Positions 26,753 to 33,807 of a stretch of 55,731 nucleotides of DNA are shown here, piece after piece; position 1 is the stretch's first letter, and every line of letters starts with the position of its first letter. A program made the position numbers and the translations under genes. The notes below the pieces were generated by a model that ran no database searches, was not told the DNA's origin, and was given only the letters and a program-made list of their open reading frames with translations. The stretch comes from Candidatus Caccovivens sp. Lineage in GTDB: Bacteria; Bacillota; Clostridia; Christensenellales; UBA1242. Location of the stretch: assembly GCA_051888935.1 (NCBI GenBank), contig JBJFCL010000019.1, positions 1 to 55,731 of the forward strand, written 5' to 3'.

Positions 26753-26901
26753 GTCTTTTCGCCTACAGAGCGTAAACGAAACTACATTTGCTGTCAAGGG
26801 TAAAGTTCATTGACTTTGTCAACCCTTGACAGTAAATAAAAGAAATTTTGAAGAATTAAAATTTGAAAGCGGTTTCGTTTTTACGCCCCTTGTCGAAAGA
26901 C
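26753..26901. repeat. nested inverted repeats between rep and the recombinase gene
   Basis: Outer arms are GTCTTTTCG..GCGTAAACGAAAC and GTTTCGTTTTTACGC..CGAAAGAC. The inner repeat is a perfect 11-bp pair, CTGTCAAGGGT (26791-26801) and ACCCTTGACAG (26822-26832). Confidence 0.6.
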
Positions 26902-26932
26902 AAATAAAAAAATATATAAAAGGAGTTTAGAA

Positions 26933-28435
26933 ATGAAAAAAGCAGTTGTATACGCAAGATACTCTTGCGACAATCAAACAGAACAAAGTATTGAGGGACA
27001 ACTAAGAGTGTGCGAAGAATATGCAAAAAATAACGACATATTAATTTTGAACACTTACATTGACCGAGCAATGACAGGAACAAACGATTTGCGACCAGAT
27101 TTTCAAAGAATGTTGAAAGACAGCAAAAACAAACAATGGGACTATGTATTGGTCTATAAACTTGATAGATTTTCGAGAAATAAATATGAAAGTGTTTTGC
27201 ATAAAAAGACATTGAAAGAAAATGGTGTGAAAGTGATATCTGCAATGGAAAACATACCAGACACACCAGAGGGCATAATCTTAGAAAGTTTACTTGAAGG
27301 TATGAACCAATACTATTCAGCAGAACTTGCACAAAAGGTAAAAAGAGGTATGCACGAGACAAGATTAAAAGGTTATTTTCAAGGAGGCACATTATTGTAT
27401 GGATATAAACTTGACGGAAGAAAAATTGTTGTCGATGAAGAACAAGCTGAAATAGTAAGATATATCTATAAGCAATATTCACTTGGCATATTTGTCAAGA
27501 CAATAATAAAAACTTTAACTGAAAAAGGTGTTTTATATAAAGGAAAACCTTTGGCAAGAAACACAGTATATGGCATTCTAAAAAATGAAAAATATTCTGG
27601 AAAATATATGCACGAAGAAGAAATAGTTGACAATATGTATCCTCAAATCGTGCCAACTGAACTTTTTCAAAAGGTAAGAGATAAGATAAGCAAAAACAAG
27701 TATGGGAAAAAGAGTGTAAAAACAACATATCTTTTAAGAGGTAAATTAAAATGTGGTTATTGTGGATTGCCAATAATTGCAGAGAGTGGAACAACAAGGC
27801 ACGGCAAAACTATTCATTATTACAAATGCTCTGGAAGAAAAAATAAATTGAACAATTGCCAAAAAAGTGTAATTCAAAAAGAAATATTAGAAAAGTTTGT
27901 GTTAGACAATGTAATAAATCAACTCAAAAAGCAAGAGAATATGAATGCGATTGTAAAAGGATTGTTAGAAATTCAAGATAAAAGTTTAAATGAAAACAGA
28001 GAATTATCGATAATGCAAAAACAGAAAAAACAATTAGAGAATACACTCAACAACATTATGTCGGCTATTGAAAAAGGTGTTGTGACAAAGACAACGGCAA
28101 ACAGACTAAAAGAAGTTGAAAGCCAGCTTGAAGAATTAGAGAAAAAGATTTTGATCGAGAAGAACAAATTGTCAGTTAAAATACCAGAAAGTATAATAAG
28201 ACAATATTACAGCGTTATGTTAGAATTAGAACCTTTGCCTTTAATAAACAACCTAATAAAAGAAATCAAATTGTATGATGATAAAATTGAAGTGACTTTC
28301 AATAGTCCAATAAAAACAAGTCCTGACGAAAATCAGGGCTTTTTATTTTACTCAAAAACACATAAAATCTTATTTGTAAATCAAAACCAAAATATATGTG
28401 AAATGAGAGATATTGTGATTAAATTATTTGTATAG
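26933..28435 (+). CDS. large serine recombinase (integrase)
   Basis: VVYARYSCDNQTEQSIEGQ contains the catalytic Ser region; YKLDRFSRN is also present. Followed by a recombinase domain, Cys-rich zinc ribbon (CGYCG...YYKC) and coiled-coil. AAAGGAG RBS. Confidence 0.93.
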   Translation: MKKAVVYARYSCDNQTEQSIEGQLRVCEEYAKNNDILILNTYIDRAMTGTNDLRPDFQRMLKDSKNKQWDYVLVYKLDRFSRNKYESVLHKKTLKENGVKVISAMENIPDTPEGIILESLLEGMNQYYSAELAQKVKRGMHETRLKGYFQGGTLLYGYKLDGRKIVVDEEQAEIVRYIYKQYSLGIFVKTIIKTLTEKGVLYKGKPLARNTVYGILKNEKYSGKYMHEEEIVDNMYPQIVPTELFQKVRDKISKNKYGKKSVKTTYLLRGKLKCGYCGLPIIAESGTTRHGKTIHYYKCSGRKNKLNNCQKSVIQKEILEKFVLDNVINQLKKQENMNAIVKGLLEIQDKSLNENRELSIMQKQKKQLENTLNNIMSAIEKGVVTKTTANRLKEVESQLEELEKKILIEKNKLSVKIPESIIRQYYSVMLELEPLPLINNLIKEIKLYDDKIEVTFNSPIKTSPDENQGFLFYSKTHKILFVNQNQNICEMRDIVIKLFV

Positions 28436-28457
28436 TGCCTATTTATTCCACGGTGAA

Positions 28458-28573
28458 CTTGACATGAGCCTCTTGAATGGGAAATTTTTTGGCAAACAAG
28501 TCAAAGGAAGGAAGCAAAATGCTGTTAATCCTTTGCCTTGTTTAATTATGTACCCATTCCTTCTCATGTCAAG
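28458..28573. repeat. 116-nt extended imperfect hairpin between the recombinase gene and tRNA-Glu
   Basis: Paired segments are CTTGACATGAG/CTCATGTCAAG (11 bp), GAATGGG/CCCATTC, AAACAAG/CTTGTTT and CAAAGGA/TCCTTTG. Confidence 0.6.
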
Positions 28574-28667
28574 CACCTTTCGCGGCATAAACCGGCACTC
28601 AAATGGAATGAAAAAAGAAAACCTAGCTCTTTCCCCTAAATATAGGGGGTTCGAATTAGGTTTTGAT

Positions 28668-28742
28668 TGGTGACCCCGACGGGATTCGAACCCATGATAC
28701 CGCCGTGAAAGGGCGGTGTCTTAACCGCTTGACCACGGGGCC
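28668..28742 (-). tRNA. tRNA-Glu (anticodon UUC), CCA encoded
   Basis: Reverse complement is GGCCCCGTGGTCAAGCGGTTAAGACACCGCCCTTTCACGGCGGTATCATGGGTTCGAATCCCGTCGGGGTCACCA. It folds as a cloverleaf with anticodon loop CTTTCAC. Confidence 0.95.
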
Positions 28743-28759
28743 AACTCAAATGCTTTTTG

Positions 28760-28789
28760 ATTATAATATAAAAATCATGCATCTGTCAA
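28760..28789 (-). promoter_or_regulatory. consensus promoter of tRNA-Glu
   Basis: Minus strand: TTGACA (28789-28784), an 18-nt spacer, then TATAAT (28765-28760). It lies about 18 nt upstream of the mature tRNA 5' end. Confidence 0.6.
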
Positions 28790-28899
28790 GCATTTTATTA
28801 AAAATAAAATATTTTTTTTATTTTATCAATTTTTTGTCAACCTTGATAGGAAATCCTACCATTTGTGTAAAAATTTACGAAAATAAGTATCATAACAAT

Positions 28900-29109
28900 A
28901 TGAATACTGATATGAATTTTGTGGACATCTTAAAAGATATCATGGTTGACCAAAACCTCAATAGAGCACAAATTGCCAAATTGGTTGGAGTGAAACCTAG
29001 TCAAGTATCTGAATGGTTAAGTGGGAAATACAAACCAGGCTATGACACCTTGCGTGCAATTTGCAAAGGTTTGGGTGTTTCTGGGGACGATATTTTGGGA
29101 TTGAAATAG
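28900..29109 (+). CDS. XRE family HTH protein (69 aa)
   Basis: LNRAQIAKLVGVKPSQVSEWLSGKYKP. The upstream part of track ORF 28663-29109 overlaps the tRNA and is discarded. Confidence 0.8.
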   Translation: MNTDMNFVDILKDIMVDQNLNRAQIAKLVGVKPSQVSEWLSGKYKPGYDTLRAICKGLGVSGDDILGLK

Positions 29110-29895
29110 ATGTCCAAAGACATAAATATCAAAAAAGATGGATTGTTTAAGACAAAAATGAAAAATTGGTTAGTAAAGTTTTCAAAATTTTTTGACAAAC
29201 TTCTTTTTCCAGATGATATTAAATGTATTTTTTGTGGAAAAGACATTCAAAATTTTGAAGAGCGTCCTTATTGTGAAGATTGTGAAAAAGAAGTTATTTT
29301 AAACAATGGCAACCGTTGCATTATTTGTGACGAGCCGATTGATAATGAAGCGGTTGTGTGTGATGAATGTCAAAAGCACAAAAGAAATTTCAAGCGTGCT
29401 TTTTGTCCTTTTGTTTATGATGGAAAAGTTCGCAGTGCTATTCTTGCTTATAAAGATTCCAATCAAAGATACAAAGCAAAAGCGTTTGCAGATGCAATTG
29501 GCAGATACATTACAAATGAAAAGGTGAATTTTGATGTGATAACTTATGTTCCTCTCACAGCAAAAAAGAAGAAAATCAGGAGTTTTGACCAAGCGGAACT
29601 TTTGGCGAGAGAACTTGCAAAGCGTTTAAACAAACCAGTTGTTTCCATGTTTTCAAGAGTAAAAGATGGACAGGCACAAAAAGTTTCAACTTATAAAGAA
29701 AGACAAGATAACATCAAAGATATGTATGTTTTGAAAGATACTAAACTTAAAAAATCTCAATCGGTTTTGATTGTTGATGATATAATAACCACTTGTGCCA
29801 CAATAAATTTTTGTGCAGGACTTATTGCAAACAAAGTTAAAGATGTGTATGTGTGTGCTGTTGCGAGAAACAAATTGAAGAAAAAAGACACCTAG
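29110..29895 (+). CDS. comFC: ComF family protein (ComFC, phosphoribosyltransferase-like)
   Basis: N-terminal 4-Cys zinc fingers (CIFCGK..CEDC, CIICDE..CDEC) and the PRT motif VLIVDDIITTCATI. Confidence 0.88.
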   Translation: MSKDINIKKDGLFKTKMKNWLVKFSKFFDKLLFPDDIKCIFCGKDIQNFEERPYCEDCEKEVILNNGNRCIICDEPIDNEAVVCDECQKHKRNFKRAFCPFVYDGKVRSAILAYKDSNQRYKAKAFADAIGRYITNEKVNFDVITYVPLTAKKKKIRSFDQAELLARELAKRLNKPVVSMFSRVKDGQAQKVSTYKERQDNIKDMYVLKDTKLKKSQSVLIVDDIITTCATINFCAGLIANKVKDVYVCAVARNKLKKKDT

Positions 29896-31565
29896 ATGAT
29901 GTCTTTTTTTGTTTCGTTGTAAGAAATCGATTTGATTGTTCCTCTTTCCATTGTGATGATTTTGTCGGAAATATCTTGGCAAATATCTTTGGCACTAAAT
30001 ATGATGATTGTGCGAGTTCCGTGCATTTTGTGTAATATTGATTTGACATTTTCTTGTTCTTCGGCACTCAATCCATCTGGAAATTCATAAAGCACTAAGA
30101 TGTCACTGGAAGTGAGAATTGCACGAGCCAGTCCAAGCAAATATAACTTATCATATGGCAAGATGGAAATATCACTTGAAAATTTTTGAGGTAAGGCGTT
30201 TATAAAGTCATACAAATTCAATTCTTTGCAAACTTGATATATGATTTTTTTGTTTTTTTCGACGACAGACAAATTTTTGATAATGCTACCATTAAAAAAT
30301 GTTGGGTGAGTGGTTACATAACTTAAACATGAACGATAACTTTTCTCGTTGTAGTCAAACAAATCAACACCACTAATAAGAATTTGTCCTTCATTTTGTT
30401 TTATAACTCTTCGCAAAAGATTGAAAATCGTCCTTTTGCCACAATTTCTTGGTCCAAGAATCAAACTTGTTTCTTTTTCTTTCAAAAGAGCATCAAAATC
30501 CTTGATTGTTGGATTTCCTTCATCATCTTTTTTGTATGAAACTTTGTCGAAACAAATTCCTCCCAAAACATCCGTCAAATTAACTTTGCCGAATTCTACA
30601 TTATCATGTTCAACGAAATTTAGGACTGTTTTTACTCTTGCGGTTGCCACACTTGTCTCTTTGAAATATGGAATGACGCCATACAAATCTTTGGTGTTGG
30701 TTATTCCGTTTGTGACATAAGAAACGATTACGAAATAAGTTTCCAATTTCAACATATTTTGTGATACCAAAAAGACTGATATCAATGTTGCCAACAATAT
30801 TAAAAATTCATAAAAAACGACATAGTAACTTTCTTTAATGGATTCCCAAAAAGTCCTTTTGTGTAAATTTGATATATAATCATCCAAAATTGAGTTGTAT
30901 TCTTTCTTAACTTGTTTTTCTACGCCAAGGTCTTTTATTGTTTCTCTTGTGTCCACAATTTCACTGAACTTTTCATAAAGTTTGTCGTTGTTTTCTCTTA
31001 TTGCACGAACATATTTTTGTCGTTTTGAACTGGCCCAGTTTAAGACAAAAAAATCCAAAATATCTGCAACTATAACGATAATTCCTGCATAAACATTGAC
31101 GGTAAATATGACAATTATCGAAACAAAAGTCATGACCAGTCGTGCAGATGCAGTGGCAAGTTGGTCAGCAAAGTCTGCAACAGTTTTTATGTCTGTATGA
31201 ACAATATTTAAAATGTGTTCCTTGGTAATAGTTTTAAAATTTACAGACTTAGCATTAAGACTTTTGTTAACGAATTCATTTGAAAGTTTGTTGTATGATG
31301 ATTTTATCATCTTTGAATAAAGAAGATAATTTATATGCCACAAAGATTTCCTCAAAAATAACAATGAAAAAACAACCAGCAAATATATCACTGCCATCAA
31401 AAATTCGGAATTTGTCATTGCAATAGTTACTTTTGCAGCAAATATAGGTGCAACTATTAAGCAAACTTGTGTCAAAACAACAAGTATAAAAAGACAAAAC
31501 CAAATCACTTTGTTTGGTTTTGCCAAATTGTACCATTCTTTTAGCGTTTTTATATAATCTTTCAT
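29892..31565 (-). CDS. ABC exporter-type fused permease/NBD protein with degenerate ATPase motifs
   Basis: Six-TM exporter domain plus an NBD. In the NBD, Walker A is GPRNCGKRT, the signature is LPYDK (consensus LSGGQ), Walker B is ILVLYEF (consensus hhhhDE), and the H-loop His is absent (IIIFSAKD). Confidence 0.85.
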   Translation of the reverse strand: MKDYIKTLKEWYNLAKPNKVIWFCLFILVVLTQVCLIVAPIFAAKVTIAMTNSEFLMAVIYLLVVFSLLFLRKSLWHINYLLYSKMIKSSYNKLSNEFVNKSLNAKSVNFKTITKEHILNIVHTDIKTVADFADQLATASARLVMTFVSIIVIFTVNVYAGIIVIVADILDFFVLNWASSKRQKYVRAIRENNDKLYEKFSEIVDTRETIKDLGVEKQVKKEYNSILDDYISNLHKRTFWESIKESYYVVFYEFLILLATLISVFLVSQNMLKLETYFVIVSYVTNGITNTKDLYGVIPYFKETSVATARVKTVLNFVEHDNVEFGKVNLTDVLGGICFDKVSYKKDDEGNPTIKDFDALLKEKETSLILGPRNCGKRTIFNLLRRVIKQNEGQILISGVDLFDYNEKSYRSCLSYVTTHPTFFNGSIIKNLSVVEKNKKIIYQVCKELNLYDFINALPQKFSSDISILPYDKLYLLGLARAILTSSDILVLYEFPDGLSAEEQENVKSILHKMHGTRTIIIFSAKDICQDISDKIITMERGTIKSISYNETKKDII

Positions 31566-31571
31566 TCTTTT

Positions 31572-31811
31572 TTATTCGTCTTTCTTTTGTTTTTCTTTTC
31601 TGTATTCTTTAACATTGGAAATCAGTTCGCCAACAATGCCGATAATTCCACATGCGATTGCTCCACAAACAACAATTAACCAACCTGGGTGCCAATAACC
31701 AATTGTGACGCCCAAAATAAGATATACAATTATGCAGGTTAAAATCAAAATTCCGCAAAATGCTTTGCTTATGATTTGTGCAAGTGTTTTGGTTTCTTCG
31801 TGTTTACTCAT
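31572..31811 (-). CDS. small two-TM membrane protein
   Basis: 79 aa with an AGGAGG RBS. It lies 9 nt after the cysS stop and 6 nt before the ABC gene. Confidence 0.6.
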   Translation of the reverse strand: MSKHEETKTLAQIISKAFCGILILTCIIVYLILGVTIGYWHPGWLIVVCGAIACGIIGIVGELISNVKEYRKEKQKKDE

Positions 31812-31820
31812 TTTTTCCTC

Positions 31821-33176
31821 CTATTTTTTTATTATTTCAAAGCCCTCTCGGGTGTCTTTGACAGTGTAACCCAAAGCGTCAATTTTTGCTCTTAATGCAT
31901 CAGCTGTGGCAAAATCTTTGTTCTTCTTTGCCTGCCATCGCGCTTCGCATAATTCTTTGATTTCATTTGGAATTTCGTCATCTTCAAATGAAAGTCCGAA
32001 AATTTGATTGAATTTCATTAGGGTGTTGTAAACGTCTTGACTTCTTTCTTCTTTGAGCATTTTCAAAGTGCAAGCAATTGCTTTTGGCATATTGAGGTCA
32101 TCATTGATATTTTCCAAAAATTCTGCCTCATAACTGCTTGTGTCCACTTTTGCTGTTCCGTTTTTGTGTTCTTTTGCCAAATTTTTGATGGATTTTAAAG
32201 TGTTTTTTGCCATTTCAATGGCATCAAAAGTGAAATTTTGTTGTTTTGAATAGTGTGCCAGAAAGTAAAAAAATCTAAAATCTTCCGCACTATATCCGCG
32301 TTTTGACAAATCTTCAAGAGTATATATATTTCCAAGACTTTTGCTCATTTTTCCGCCGTCAACTTGCAAAAATTCCAAATGCATCCACATTTTGACCACT
32401 TGATGCCCATATCGACAGTTGCTTTGTGCAATTTCGTTTTCGTGATGCACTGGCTTATGGTCAACTCCGCCAGTGTGAATGTCGATTGTTTCTCCCAAAT
32501 ACTTGTCACCAATCACAGAACATTCGATGTGCCAACCAGGATAGCCCATTCCCCACGGACTTTGCCATTGCATGATGTGTTCTTTTGGTGCTTTTACCCA
32601 AAGAACAAAGTCATAAGGAGAACGCTTTTCATCGTCGACATCAATACGTGCACCAGCCAACTTTTCATGGATATCCATTCCAGAAAGAGCACCATATTCT
32701 TTAAATTTCGCAATATCAAAATAGATACCTTTGCTGGTTTCGTAGGCATATCCTTTTTCAATGAGTTTTTGAACGAACTCAATCATTTCGTTTATGACGC
32801 TTGTTGCAGGGACAATATGCTCTGGCAGGTCGATGTTTAGTGCTTTGGCGTCATTCATAAACACATTTGTATAAAACTTTGCAATTTCCCATGGCGACTT
32901 GTGTTCACGCTCGCTTGCCACGAGCATTTTGTCTTCGCCTTCATCTGCGTCTGAGGTTAGGTGACCAACATCAGTTATGTTCATGACACCATCAATGTGA
33001 TAGCCATTATATTTTAGCACGCGTCTAATGTTGTCCATAAAAAGATACGCTCTAAAATTTCCTATATGTGGATAATAATAGACCGTTGGACCACAAGAGT
33101 ACATTTTGACAACTTTGCCTTCGTGAAAAGGCACTTCTTCTTTGCGTCTTGTGAGAGAATTATAAAACTTTATCAT
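31821..33176 (-). CDS. cysS: cysteine--tRNA ligase
   Basis: CGPTVYYYPHIGNFR (HIGH) and KMSKSLGN (KMSKS). GGAGG RBS. Confidence 0.97.
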   Translation of the reverse strand: MIKFYNSLTRRKEEVPFHEGKVVKMYSCGPTVYYYPHIGNFRAYLFMDNIRRVLKYNGYHIDGVMNITDVGHLTSDADEGEDKMLVASEREHKSPWEIAKFYTNVFMNDAKALNIDLPEHIVPATSVINEMIEFVQKLIEKGYAYETSKGIYFDIAKFKEYGALSGMDIHEKLAGARIDVDDEKRSPYDFVLWVKAPKEHIMQWQSPWGMGYPGWHIECSVIGDKYLGETIDIHTGGVDHKPVHHENEIAQSNCRYGHQVVKMWMHLEFLQVDGGKMSKSLGNIYTLEDLSKRGYSAEDFRFFYFLAHYSKQQNFTFDAIEMAKNTLKSIKNLAKEHKNGTAKVDTSSYEAEFLENINDDLNMPKAIACTLKMLKEERSQDVYNTLMKFNQIFGLSFEDDEIPNEIKELCEARWQAKKNKDFATADALRAKIDALGYTVKDTREGFEIIKK

Positions 33177-33191
33177 TTAAAAACCTCCAAA

Positions 33192-33575
33192 CTAAATCTT
33201 TTTGTTGAGATATGTGGAAAGTGTCTCGATTGCGTGTTCGACTTCACAATTGTTTTCTGGAAAATGACTTTCAAGTTCACTCATAAATGCGTTCAAAAAC
33301 TCTTTCCCTTTTTCAGTAAGATTCATCATGCGACATCGTTTGTCGATTTCGCCTTGTCTAGAAGTTACTAGTTCTTCTTTTTCAAGCTCCTTTGCCATAA
33401 GAGCAAAATTGGACTTTTTTAAGCCCAGTTTATCAATAATCATACTAACAGACAAATTTTCATATTCGGAGATAAAATAAAGCACCTTGACTTTGAGCAG
33501 GTTGTTGTTTGCAATGTGTTTTGTCAAGTTTTCGGTGAGAGCCTCGATTTCAAGTAATTTGTCAATATTTTTCAT
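33192..33575 (-). CDS. MarR family transcriptional regulator
   Basis: Winged-HTH pattern LSVSMIIDKLGLKKSNFALMAKELEKEELVTSRQGEIDKR. It ends 15 nt upstream of cysS. Confidence 0.88.
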   Translation of the reverse strand: MKNIDKLLEIEALTENLTKHIANNNLLKVKVLYFISEYENLSVSMIIDKLGLKKSNFALMAKELEKEELVTSRQGEIDKRCRMMNLTEKGKEFLNAFMSELESHFPENNCEVEHAIETLSTYLNKKI

Positions 33576-33807
33576 ACTTTATAATTATATAGAATGGAAT
33601 TTTATTTTGCAACTGTTTTGCTTCTATTTTATGCAAAAAGTTATGAAATTATCGAATATATTAACGAAAATTTATTGTTTTTTTTGATAATAATTTATTA
33701 ATCAATTTGCTAATAAAATTTTTTTATTGATATTGTATTTGAAAGGGTAAAATCTTTTATTGATATAATTGCTTGCTTTTTGAGTGGAAAAACTTTAAAA
33801 TAATTTT

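Larger units (their letters stand above)
21498..28667. mobile_element. integrative element (IME-like island) abutting the 3' end of tRNA-Glu
   Basis: A contiguous block: XRE, SLOG-like, IS30-HTH/AbrB, DUF262-DUF1524, HUH Rep and a large serine recombinase. It is flanked by housekeeping genes on the left and tRNA-Glu on the right. The left limit is uncertain (21498, or about 22590). Confidence 0.6.

Noticed and set aside
28650-28662. CCTAATTCG (inverted) next to the tRNA matches operator site ACCTAATTCG at 21917. This might indicate terminal inverted repeats of the island or an extra operator.
   Set aside because: The shared stretch is only 9-10 nt and is explained in part by the T-arm complement. 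A chance match cannot be excluded without statistics or homolog comparison.
28841-28860. CAACCTTGATAGG resembles the pC194/phiX174-type nick site (CTTGATA) and could be the Rep double-strand origin.
   Set aside because: It lies outside the island, on the far side of tRNA-Glu. It is only a 7-nt match in AT-rich DNA and overlaps a plausible promoter for the HTH-comFC genes.
28663-28899. The N-terminal 79 codons of track ORF 28663-29109.
   Set aside because: This segment reads antisense through tRNA-Glu and its promoter. The recognisable HTH domain starts at ATG 28900.
33576-33807. Possible T-box or other leader upstream of marR-cysS.
   Set aside because: The 230-nt region is almost pure A/T, with no GGGTGG-type T-box sequence or stable helices. 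It is probably just divergent promoters (TGATATAAT at 33761-33769 for recD2).
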